From contig CAWDRG010000009.1 of NCBI GenBank assembly GCA_963804645.1, positions 896,001 to 960,000 on the forward strand: 64,000 nucleotides of DNA. The letters run 5' to 3'. The position numbers were made by a program, and so were the translations under genes. This document shows positions 1-8,458 of this stretch, one piece after another. The first letter of the stretch is position 1. Every line of letters begins with the position of its first letter. The stretch comes from an uncultured Bacillota bacterium (GTDB lineage: Bacteria > Sysuimicrobiota > Sysuimicrobiia > Sysuimicrobiales > Segetimicrobiaceae). Under the pieces are notes generated by a model that saw nothing but the letters and a program-made list of their open reading frames with translations, searched no databases and was not told where the DNA came from.

Positions 1-191
1 GAGGGACGATCATAGTCCGGAACCGAATCTCGCAGGGTCCGGGCCTCGGCTCCGCGTGTGAGTCGACGGCCTCGCAGCGCGTGCCCACGCTCGCGCGGCG
101 TCTCGGATCGACGATGGCGGTGCCGGCAGTCGAGCGCGTGCGACGAGGTGCGGCCTCGCGCTGCCGGCGGCCGAGGGAGAAGGGGTGTCGA

Positions 192-1220
192 GTGCACGGT
201 TCCGACGAGACCTCAACAATGGCGCAGCTGGTCAGCGACGATGTGTATCAACTCCGACTGCCGTTCGCCAACACCCGTCTCGTGTACGCCAACGTGTATC
301 TGGTTCGATCGACCCAAGGGTGGGTGCTCGTGGATGCGGGCAGCGACGAAGACGTCAGCCGGGCGCGCCTGCGGGCAGCCCTCGCCGAGATCGCGCACCG
401 CGGTGAGCGCGTGCAGGAGACGTGGGTGACTCACCTGCACCCAGATCACTACGGAGGGACGGGCGAAGTCACCGACGGATCAGGCGGATTCCGCTACACC
501 GACCAAGATCGCGTCCTGCTCGGGCGGGCGGCGCGGCTCGTGAACGCCGCGGGATACTGGGAACGCCATGGCGCTCCCGAGCGGTTCGCGGAGGAGACCC
601 ATGAGTGGTTTCGCGCGCGGATGTCCCAGCTTCCGCTGCCGTCGCCGCACCACCCGCTGGCGGACGGGGATGTACTGACCTCCGGCGGCCGTCGCTTTGA
701 GGTGCTCTCCACCCCCGGCCATACACCCGGGCACGTCTGCTTTTACGAGCCCGCGACGCAGCTGCTCCTCACGGGCGATCACATCCTCCCCAGGGAGACA
801 CCCCACGTGGGGCTGTGGCCGGGCGAGATGGACAACCCGCTGCAGCACTACTTGAACGCCCTCCGGCGCATCCGCGGGCTGCGCGTCCGTCTCGCCCTGC
901 CGGGCCACGGGGCGCCGATCTCGAACGTGACCGAACGCATCGATGTGATTCTGAATCACCACGCCGAGCGCTTGGCGGACGCGGAGCACGCGGTCGTGGA
1001 CGGGAGCGCCGAGGGGGTGTCCGGCGACGGCGCCTCGACGTACGAGGTGGCCGCCCGCATGCGATGGTCGATCCCGTGGGAGCGGCAAACCGGCCACGAC
1101 CGCGCGCTGGCGTTCACGGAAGCCCACGCACATCTCGAGGTGTTGCGGAGCGAGGGGCGGGTGCGCCGGTCCCCCGAAACGCAGGGAGACGGGGCGAAGG
1201 TTCGCTGGGTGCGGGCCTAG
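192..1220 (+). CDS. MBL-fold metallo-hydrolase
   Basis: THLHPDH (HxHxDH), TPGHTPGH, LTGDH and LPGHG motifs. GTG at 192 follows a GGAGAAGGGG RBS; alternative ATG at 219. Confidence 0.88.
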   Translation: MHGSDETSTMAQLVSDDVYQLRLPFANTRLVYANVYLVRSTQGWVLVDAGSDEDVSRARLRAALAEIAHRGERVQETWVTHLHPDHYGGTGEVTDGSGGFRYTDQDRVLLGRAARLVNAAGYWERHGAPERFAEETHEWFRARMSQLPLPSPHHPLADGDVLTSGGRRFEVLSTPGHTPGHVCFYEPATQLLLTGDHILPRETPHVGLWPGEMDNPLQHYLNALRRIRGLRVRLALPGHGAPISNVTERIDVILNHHAERLADAEHAVVDGSAEGVSGDGASTYEVAARMRWSIPWERQTGHDRALAFTEAHAHLEVLRSEGRVRRSPETQGDGAKVRWVRA

Positions 1221-1276
1221 CTCTTGGAGGTCCGCCGAACGGGCGCGGTCGGGACCTGTGTGTCCGGTCGCGCGGG

Positions 1277-1303
1277 GAGGAGTTCGCGGCGTCAAAACGA
1301 ATC
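1277..1303 (+). promoter_or_regulatory. Conserved upstream motif GAGGAGTTCG-N7-AAAACGAATC (TTCG-N11-CGAA inverted repeat), copy 1
   Basis: Same motif with identical spacing upstream of the paralogous SBP gene (20074-20100), while the surrounding intergenic DNA has diverged. Confidence 0.5.
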
Positions 1304-1406
1304 CGCGGCCAGTGTACGCCGAGCTCGTGGGTATGCGTGCCGACGTCTCTGAACATCCTGTCGAGAGAGAGGCCCCCGTGAGAAGACGGGCTGGAGGGCT
1401 GCGGGC

Positions 1407-3062
1407 ATGACGCTGAACGGCGGATCCGGGAACGGCGGCGCAGGTGCCGCGCGCCGCGCGCTCTCGCGCCGCCGGCTGCTCGGCCACGCGGCGCGCGCGG
1501 CGGTGCTCCTCGCGCCGGGCCTCAGCGGCGCGGAGCGGGCGTCGGCGGCGCTTGCCCCTCGGTCGGCGCCGGCCGGCCTCCTGCGGGTCGGACTGTCGGA
1601 CCTCGGGTCGGAGCGCTTTGAACCGCGCATCGATGTGGCCGGATCGATGTTCGTCTGGTCCGAAATCGTCGAGCCGCTCATCGGGGTCGACGCGGACGGC
1701 AAGCTGAGCACGACCGGGCTGGCGCCGCGCTGGGAGACCAGCCCGGACGGGAAGAGCATCACGTTCCATCTGGTCACGACGGCGCGCTGGCACGATGGGG
1801 TCGAGTTCACCGCGGACGACGTGAAGTACAACTTCGATGTGTACTACCGCGCCCCGGGCACGCTGAACTTTGCCGGCGGGTTCATCAGGACGAACGTGAT
1901 CTCGACGACCGTGCACGACAAGTCCACGATCACGATCGCGCTCAACTCGCCCGTGGCGCCGAACCTGGCCCAGTTTGGGGACGCCGAAGGCCTGCTCTAT
2001 ATCGTTCCGAAGCATTACCTCGAGGCGAACGGGTTCGACGCGATGGCGAAAAAGCCGCTCGGCACCGGGCCGTGGAAGTTCGGGGGGCAGCAGTTCGGGG
2101 AGTGGGCGGAACTCGAGAGCAACACGGACTATCGCGACCCGGCGCGCGTCCCCCGGTTCAAGACCGCGAGAATTTCCGGAATCGCGGAACCGGCCACGCG
2201 GGTCGCGGCGCTCCGGACAGGCCAAGTCGACATCGCGCAGGTGGACCCGAACGACGTCCCGGGGCTGCAGCTCGCCGGGTTCACCATGAGGCCGCTCAGG
2301 TACGGAGCGCTCACCGTGGGGTTCTTCCTGAAGGGGTACGATGCCGCGAAGATCGCGAATCACGTGGAGTTTCGCAGGGCGCTGAACCTTGCCATCGACC
2401 GGCAGGCGATTTTCAAGGCGATTTATCCCCCGGGGACCGCTGAGATCCTGCACGGGAGCGGGCTCTACGCCCCCGGGGCGATCGGGGACGACCCCGGTCT
2501 GCAGCCGTATCCCTATCAGCCGGACGAGGCGCGCCGGCTGCTGGCGGGGATCTACCACGGGGAGCCGATCACGATCTGGAGTTTCTCGCTCGGCTTCGAC
2601 CCCGAGCAGCTGCAGGTGAACGACCTGATTCAGGGATACTGGCAGAAGATCGGCTTGAATGTGAATGTCCAGCGCATCGAGTACGCGACCTTCCGGCCGC
2701 GGGCGGCGACGCAAGACTATCCAGGACCGGCCGAAACGGCGGTGTTTGCGCCCGCCCCGAGGCCATCGATGGTCTCGCAGATTCTCGTGTACCTCGTCGC
2801 GATCAGCGACGGCGGGACCATCGACATCGCGATCGACCATCAAAAGGCGAAGAGCTGGTACGACGAGCTGGTGCAGATCAAGGATCCCGCCATGCTGCAG
2901 CAGCGCCTGCGCGACATCAACCGTGAGATGTACCGGGAATACTGGAACTTTCCGCTGTTCCTCAAGCACATCCCGTACGCGTACCAGAAGACGGTGGCGT
3001 CCTGGGAGCCCGGCGCGTACCATCGCGAGTACATCCGGCTGTGGTCCGCGGTGCCCGCGTAG
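1407..3062 (+). CDS. ABC transporter substrate-binding protein, family 5 (DppA/NikA-like), Tat signal, copy 1
   Basis: SRRRLL twin-arginine motif; LAPRWETSPDGKSITFHL, WHDGVEFTADDV and GTGPWKF family-5 motifs; GGAGG RBS. Confidence 0.93.
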   Translation: MTLNGGSGNGGAGAARRALSRRRLLGHAARAAVLLAPGLSGAERASAALAPRSAPAGLLRVGLSDLGSERFEPRIDVAGSMFVWSEIVEPLIGVDADGKLSTTGLAPRWETSPDGKSITFHLVTTARWHDGVEFTADDVKYNFDVYYRAPGTLNFAGGFIRTNVISTTVHDKSTITIALNSPVAPNLAQFGDAEGLLYIVPKHYLEANGFDAMAKKPLGTGPWKFGGQQFGEWAELESNTDYRDPARVPRFKTARISGIAEPATRVAALRTGQVDIAQVDPNDVPGLQLAGFTMRPLRYGALTVGFFLKGYDAAKIANHVEFRRALNLAIDRQAIFKAIYPPGTAEILHGSGLYAPGAIGDDPGLQPYPYQPDEARRLLAGIYHGEPITIWSFSLGFDPEQLQVNDLIQGYWQKIGLNVNVQRIEYATFRPRAATQDYPGPAETAVFAPAPRPSMVSQILVYLVAISDGGTIDIAIDHQKAKSWYDELVQIKDPAMLQQRLRDINREMYREYWNFPLFLKHIPYAYQKTVASWEPGAYHREYIRLWSAVPA

Positions 3063-3185
3063 CGACCGGCACGTGCCGGCGACCGCCGCGCGTCCGGGCG
3101 AGAGTAGGATTTCCGGCGAATCAAGTCTAACTGACACCCGCTCGTCTCGGAGAGGTGGCCGCGTGTCACGCGGTCGGAGGGCCCC

Positions 3186-3938
3186 ATGCTCGAGGTGACC
3201 CAGCGCGATCGCGTGTGTTTTCTGCGCGTGTCGGCGCCCGCACGTTTCGATGAGTCGGCCGCGGCGCTCGCCGGCGCCCTCATCGAGGCATGCACGCACA
3301 TCCACGAAGGCGATGATCCGGTGGTCGGCGTCGTGGTCTCGTCCTCCGACGCCGCGTACTGTCTCGCGCCGCCCCAGAGTGCCGACGACTGCGACCGCGT
3401 GCGCGATCGTTGGGCCGCCGCGACGGACGCGATTGCCGGTCTTCGCGCGCCGACGATCGCCGCCATCGACGGGGACGCGGTCGGGCCGGCCTGGGAGCTT
3501 GCGCTGGCATGCGATCTGCGGATCGCGGCGAGCGAGGTCCGTGTCGGCAGCCCGGAAATTCACTGGGGGCGGATTCCGGCTGCCGGCGGCACCCAGCGGC
3601 TGACTCGTCTGGTGGGGCCCGGCGTCGCGGCGCGCCTCTTGCTGTTGGGGGAGATTCTCGCGGCGCCCGACGCCCATGCACTTGGGCTGCTGCATCGCGT
3701 GGAACCCCGCGAGCGTCTCGGCGTCTCGCTCGATGAGATGCTCGCCGGGCTCCGCGACTCCGCGCCGATCGCCCTCGCGTACGCCAAAGAGGCCGTGCAC
3801 AGCGCCGGGGACCTCGCGCTCGCGGACGGCCTGCGTCTCGAAGCCGATCTCGCGGTGCTGCTCCAGACGACCGGTGACCGCGCGGAGGGGATCGGCGCGT
3901 TCCTGACGCGCCGTGCGGCGCACTTCCAGGGCCGATGA
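3186..3938 (+). CDS. Enoyl-CoA hydratase/isomerase family protein (divergent N-terminus)
   Basis: PTIAAIDGDAVGPAWELALACDLRIA, PEIHWGRIPAAGGTQRL and DRAEGIGAFL crotonase motifs. Confidence 0.9.
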   Translation: MLEVTQRDRVCFLRVSAPARFDESAAALAGALIEACTHIHEGDDPVVGVVVSSSDAAYCLAPPQSADDCDRVRDRWAAATDAIAGLRAPTIAAIDGDAVGPAWELALACDLRIAASEVRVGSPEIHWGRIPAAGGTQRLTRLVGPGVAARLLLLGEILAAPDAHALGLLHRVEPRERLGVSLDEMLAGLRDSAPIALAYAKEAVHSAGDLALADGLRLEADLAVLLQTTGDRAEGIGAFLTRRAAHFQGR

Positions 3939-5743
3939 CCGAGTTCGCGCCGCTCGAGGACGTGCGTGTGCTCGACCTGAGTCGCGGGGGCGGCGCGGCC
4001 GTCTGTGCGCGGCTGTTTCGTCAGCTCGGCGCGACCGTGGTGGCGGCGGATCCCGCTGCGGCGGACGCGCGCCCCCTCTTCGAGGCCTCGGATCTCGTCC
4101 TCTCGGATCTTCGTCCATTCGCCAGGGCCGCCGCGTACTTTTCGCAGGCTGGTCGCGCGCCGGCGCGTGGTCACGCCGTGGTCTCGGTGACGCCGTACGG
4201 GTGGGTCGGGCCCTACGCCGATCGCGACGCCGATGCGGAGCCGGACCTCGACCTCGACGGTCCCATCGTGCGTCACCTGGTGGGGGCGCATGCCGCGGTC
4301 GCCGCGCTCGGGGCGCTCCGCTGGGCGCGCCGTCACCGGTGCGGCGCGTTGGTGCAGATCGCGGCGATTGAAGTGCTCGCCGGGTGCCTCGGCGCTCGTG
4401 TGCCCGATGCCGCGTGCCCGCGCTGCGGTGGGGCGGTTTCGACGCGCGACCGCGCGGACGCGCAGGCGGCGGTCGTGCCGTGTGCCGACGGGTACCTTGG
4501 GGTCACCGCGTCCACGCCGGCCGACCGAGCGATGCTGGCCGCGCTGACCGGACTCGACGCGAGCGGCCCCGTCGAGATGGGCGCGCGTCTTACCGAATGG
4601 CTTCGGACACGGCGGCGGCACGACGCGTTCCACGAGGCGCAGCGGTGGCGGCTGCCGATCGTCCCGGTGCTCGATCCGGCAGAGGTGCTGGGCGACGCGC
4701 AGAGCGTCGCGCGGGCTGCGTGGACGGTCGGAGCGCGCGGAGAAGTCACGGCGCGGTCGCCGTTTCGCGGCGCGCCGGGGCGGCGGACGAGACCACGGCC
4801 GGCCGGCCGAGGGATCACGCCGCTGTCCGATGTGTCGATCCTCGACCTGGGGATCGTCTGGGCCGGTCCGTACTGCGGCCGGCTCCTCGCGGGCTTGGGC
4901 GCCACGGTCGTGAAGATCGAAGCCCCCGATCGGCCGGACGGTACGCGATTCTCCGGCATGGGGCAGTGCTCCGGGACGTTTGGAGATCTCAATCGCGGCA
5001 AAGCGAGCCTCGTGGTCGATCTCACCGTCCCCGCGGGCCGCGACGCGTTTCGCCGGCTCGCGTGCGGGGCGGACGTCGTGCTCGAGAACTACAGCCCGCG
5101 GGTGATGCCCAACTTTGGTCTGAGCGGGGAGGCGCTGCGTGACCTCAACCCGTCCCTGGTGATGCTGTCGCTTCCGGCGTTTGGGTCCACCGGTCCCTGG
5201 GCCTCCTACGTCGCGTACGGCAGCGGACTGGAGCTCGCGACCGGTCTTGCCTGCAGGCCGCCCCTCGCGCCGCCGGCCCCGGCGTCGGTTCCGTACCTTG
5301 ATTATCTGGCAGGCGCGTACGGCGCGGTCGGCGTGCTGGCCGCCCTCATCGGCCGCGACGCGGGCGGCGGCGGGGCGCACGTCGAGATCGCGCAGCGGGA
5401 GGTCGCCTGCCAGGTGCTGGAGACGGTGTTGCGCGGCGGCGCGTGGCGGCCGTTTCCGTGCGCGGACGCGGCGGTCCTGACCGCCCATCCGCAGCTCGCC
5501 GCCCTGGGATTCTTCGCGACGGCTCCCGCGGACAGCGCGATCTGCTATCATTACGCCCGGCCGCCGTGGCAGTTCCAGGGCGGGCAGATCCCGGGCGAGC
5601 GCCCCGCCCCGATCTTCGGCGCCGACAGCGTGTCGGTGCTCGCGGGCCTGGCGCGCATCGACTCAATCGAGATCGAACGTCTCGTGAGGGGCAACGTGAT
5701 CCGGACGTCGCGCCACGCGACCGGTGGGCCGCCGGATGGATGA
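3935..5743 (+). CDS. Two-domain family III (CaiB/BaiF) CoA-transferase; first domain shortened
   Basis: Two PLxDVxxLDL starts. The second domain has WAGPYCGRLLAGLGATVVKIE, NRGKAS, DVVLENYSP and DYLAG. ATGA overlap with the upstream gene. Confidence 0.88.
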   Translation: MTEFAPLEDVRVLDLSRGGGAAVCARLFRQLGATVVAADPAAADARPLFEASDLVLSDLRPFARAAAYFSQAGRAPARGHAVVSVTPYGWVGPYADRDADAEPDLDLDGPIVRHLVGAHAAVAALGALRWARRHRCGALVQIAAIEVLAGCLGARVPDAACPRCGGAVSTRDRADAQAAVVPCADGYLGVTASTPADRAMLAALTGLDASGPVEMGARLTEWLRTRRRHDAFHEAQRWRLPIVPVLDPAEVLGDAQSVARAAWTVGARGEVTARSPFRGAPGRRTRPRPAGRGITPLSDVSILDLGIVWAGPYCGRLLAGLGATVVKIEAPDRPDGTRFSGMGQCSGTFGDLNRGKASLVVDLTVPAGRDAFRRLACGADVVLENYSPRVMPNFGLSGEALRDLNPSLVMLSLPAFGSTGPWASYVAYGSGLELATGLACRPPLAPPAPASVPYLDYLAGAYGAVGVLAALIGRDAGGGGAHVEIAQREVACQVLETVLRGGAWRPFPCADAAVLTAHPQLAALGFFATAPADSAICYHYARPPWQFQGGQIPGERPAPIFGADSVSVLAGLARIDSIEIERLVRGNVIRTSRHATGGPPDG

Positions 5744-6473
5744 GACGGTCCTCTACGAGAAGGTGGACGGCGTCGCGTGGGTCACGCTCAACCGCCCCGA
5801 CCGGCTCAATGTCTACAACCTCCGCATGCGCGACGAGCTGTTCGAGGTGCTGTGCGCCGTGCGGGACGACCCGGAGATTCGCGCGTTCGTGCTGCGGGGC
5901 GCGGGGCGGTGCTTCTGCGCGGGGGCGGACCTCACGGAGTTCGGGACCGCGCCCTCCCCGACCATCGCCCGCCGCGTGCGGTTCGGGCGCGACGTCTGGG
6001 ATGTGCTGGACGGCTTGGAGGTCCCCACCGTGGCGGCGCTGCACGGTGTGGCGCTCGGGTCGGGGCTGGAGATGGCGCTGTTCTGCGATCTTCAGATCGC
6101 CGCGGAGGAGACGGTCCTGGGCTTCCCGGAGGTGCGCCTCGGCATGATCCCGGCCGCCGGCGGGACTCAGACCCTTCCGCGGGCGGCGGGGACGTCGTAC
6201 GCGCTGGACCTGCTGTTGACCGGCCGGCGCGTGCAGGCGGCGGAGGCGCAGCGGCACGGGATGGTGTCGCGCGTCGTGCCCGCGGAGCGCCTGGACCGCG
6301 AGGTCGCGTCGGTCGCGGAGGCCGTGGCTCGGCTCGACCCGTGCGCCGTGCGCGCCATCCATCACCTGCTGCGCACCGGGGTGGACGCTCCGCTCGCAAC
6401 CGGCCTGCGGCGCGAGGCGGTGCTCGGCGCGGTCGTGGCCGCGCAGGGGCACGGCGTCGAGCGGGGCGCATGA
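5736..6473 (+). CDS. Enoyl-CoA hydratase/isomerase
   Basis: VTLNRPDRLN, FCAGADL, GSGLEMALFCD and FPEVRLGMIPAAGGTQ; both catalytic Glu present. Confidence 0.93.
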   Translation: MDETVLYEKVDGVAWVTLNRPDRLNVYNLRMRDELFEVLCAVRDDPEIRAFVLRGAGRCFCAGADLTEFGTAPSPTIARRVRFGRDVWDVLDGLEVPTVAALHGVALGSGLEMALFCDLQIAAEETVLGFPEVRLGMIPAAGGTQTLPRAAGTSYALDLLLTGRRVQAAEAQRHGMVSRVVPAERLDREVASVAEAVARLDPCAVRAIHHLLRTGVDAPLATGLRREAVLGAVVAAQGHGVERGA

Positions 6474-8047
6474 ACGTCGCGGAATTGCTGTGGATCCCGG
6501 CCGGGATGATGCCGGACCGCACGATCGTCCGGTTCGACGGGGAACAGGTGACCTACGCGGAGCTTCAGGACCGCGTGGGACGCACCGCCGGGGCGCTGCG
6601 CGCCCTCGGGGTCCAGGCCGGGGACCGGGTCGCGGTGCTCGACACCAACACGCCGGCCGTCATTGAGGTCGCGTACGCCGCCGCCAGCCTCGGTGCCGTC
6701 TTCGTGCCGCTGAACTATCGAGCTCGGAGCGGGGAGCTGCTCCACATGGTCGACGCCGCGGCGCCCCGCGTGCTGCTGGTCGGCGCACGGTATCTCGATC
6801 TCGCGGGCGAAGTGGGCCGCGCATGCGCCGCGCCTCCGCGGTTTATCACGCTCGAGCATCCGGTCCCGGGGCTCGCACACCTCGCGGACGCGACGGCCGA
6901 GGCCGATGCGGTGCCGCCGGTCGAGGTGGCGGACGACGATCTCGCGGTTCTCATGTTTACGAGCGGCACGACGGCGAACGCCAAAGCCACGATGCTCGCG
7001 CACGCGGACCTCGTCAACTACGTGTTCGGGACGACGGATGCGGCCGACGAGTCGGAGAACGAGGCGGTGCTGATCGCGGCGCCGATCTACCACATCGCCG
7101 GATTGACGGCCGTGCACACGGCGATGTTCGCGGGGCGTCGGATCGTCCTGATGCGGCAGTTCGACGCGGGGGAGTGGCTGCGGCTGGCGGCGGAACAGTG
7201 CGTGACGCACGCGTTTCTCGTCCCGACGATGCTGAAGCGCGTGCTCGATCACCCGGCGTTTGCGTCGACCGACCTGTCGGGCCTGCGGGTCCTGTCCTAC
7301 GGGGCAGCGCCCATGCCGCTCAACGTGATCCGGCGCGCGATCGCGTCGTTCCCGCCGTCGGTCCAGTTCGTCAACGCCTTCGGCCAGACCGAGACGACCG
7401 GCACGGTGACGATGCTCAGTCCGTTGGACCACCGTTTGGATGGCGCTCCGGGCGAGGTCGAAACGAACCTGCGCCGGCTCTCGTCGGTCGGCCGGCCGCT
7501 TCCCGACGTGACGATCCGGGTGATCGATCCGCAGGGGAATCCGCTCGGGCCCGGGCGCGTCGGCGAGGTGACGGTGCAGACCGCTCGCGCGATGCGCGGG
7601 TACTACGGCCAGGCGGCGGCCACCCGCGCCGCGCTCCAGGACGGGTGGGTACGGACGGGCGACCTCGGCTGGCTCGACGAGGACGGCTACCTCTACCTCG
7701 CCGGGCGCAAGTCCGATCTGATCATTCGCGGCGGCGAGAACATCGCGCCCGAAGAGGTCGAGGTCGTCCTGAAGTCCCACCCCGCGGTCGACGAAGTCGC
7801 GGTGTTCGGCGTCGCGGACGAGGAGTGGGGGGAGCGCGTGGCCGCCGCGGTGGTGCGCCAGCCGGGGGCCGAGGTCACCGCCGAGGACCTGATCGAGTTC
7901 TGCCGCCAGCGCCTCGGCAGCTTCAAGAAGCCCGAGTTTGTGCTCTTCACCGACGTGCTGCCGCGCAGCGCGCTCGGGAAGCTGCTGCGGAAAGACTTGC
8001 GTGTCCTCTACGAGGCGGAGCAGGCGGCGCCGCCCCGGAAGCCGTAA
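6470..8047 (+). CDS. Acyl-CoA synthetase (AMP-forming, long-chain fatty acid-CoA ligase family)
   Basis: FTSGTT P-loop, FGQTE, RTGDLG, GRKSDLIIRGGENI and LPRSALGK; ATG at 6470 overlaps the previous stop. Confidence 0.94.
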   Translation: MNVAELLWIPAGMMPDRTIVRFDGEQVTYAELQDRVGRTAGALRALGVQAGDRVAVLDTNTPAVIEVAYAAASLGAVFVPLNYRARSGELLHMVDAAAPRVLLVGARYLDLAGEVGRACAAPPRFITLEHPVPGLAHLADATAEADAVPPVEVADDDLAVLMFTSGTTANAKATMLAHADLVNYVFGTTDAADESENEAVLIAAPIYHIAGLTAVHTAMFAGRRIVLMRQFDAGEWLRLAAEQCVTHAFLVPTMLKRVLDHPAFASTDLSGLRVLSYGAAPMPLNVIRRAIASFPPSVQFVNAFGQTETTGTVTMLSPLDHRLDGAPGEVETNLRRLSSVGRPLPDVTIRVIDPQGNPLGPGRVGEVTVQTARAMRGYYGQAAATRAALQDGWVRTGDLGWLDEDGYLYLAGRKSDLIIRGGENIAPEEVEVVLKSHPAVDEVAVFGVADEEWGERVAAAVVRQPGAEVTAEDLIEFCRQRLGSFKKPEFVLFTDVLPRSALGKLLRKDLRVLYEAEQAAPPRKP

Positions 8048-8130
8048 GGGAAGGGCCGGACCGGCGGCGTCCGCCGGCCGGATGGGTCGGACGCGGGTCT
8101 CGATCGTCGTGGGTCACGGGAGGGTGTGTC

Positions 8131-8307
8131 GTGGCGAATCAGTCCGGAAAGCGTTACGTGTGCGGGGTCTGCGGGACGGAGATGCTGGTGACCAAGGGCG
8201 GCGACGGCGCGCTGACGTGCTGCGATCGGCCGATGGAGCCGTTCGGGGCGCCCGGTGCGAGCGCCGGGCAGCCGAAGCAGGCCGGCGGGGAGGCGACGCG
8301 TGGCTAA
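8131..8307 (+). CDS. Desulforedoxin-like (CxxC...CC) small metal-binding protein, copy 1 (58 aa)
   Basis: VANQSGKRYVCGVCGTEMLVTKGGDGALTCCDRPME; GGGAGGG RBS at 8118-8124. The CxxC-x15-CC spacing matches the desulforedoxin/desulfoferrodoxin N-domain. Confidence 0.82.
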   Translation: MANQSGKRYVCGVCGTEMLVTKGGDGALTCCDRPMEPFGAPGASAGQPKQAGGEATRG

Positions 8308-8443
8308 CCAACTCGGCAAGCGATTCGTCTGCGAGACCTGCGGGACCGAGACCCTGTGCACGAAGGCGGGGGGCGGGACCGTGGCGTGCTGCGGCAAGCC
8401 GATGGAGCTCAAGCGCCCGAAGCCCCTGCCGTCCGGGGACTAG
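8300..8443 (+). CDS. Desulforedoxin-like small metal-binding protein, copy 2 (47 aa)
   Basis: VANQLGKRFVCETCGTETLCTKAGGGTVACCGKPMELK; GGGAGG RBS; overlaps the stop of copy 1 and is clearly paralogous to it. Confidence 0.82.
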   Translation: MANQLGKRFVCETCGTETLCTKAGGGTVACCGKPMELKRPKPLPSGD

Positions 8444-8458
8444 CCGGCGAGGTCGCCT

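Noticed and set aside
480..4118. Very long minus-strand ORFs (also 9166-12141, 20145-23462, 41270-44569, 44281-47058, 61452-63929, and plus-strand 50522-53254)
   Set aside because: Antisense shadows of real genes in high-GC DNA; Arg/Pro/Gly-rich with no domain motifs.
8131..8443. Cys-rich microproteins as RiPP precursors
   Set aside because: No radical SAM, YcaO or lanthipeptide enzyme nearby; the Cys spacing fits a desulforedoxin metal site.
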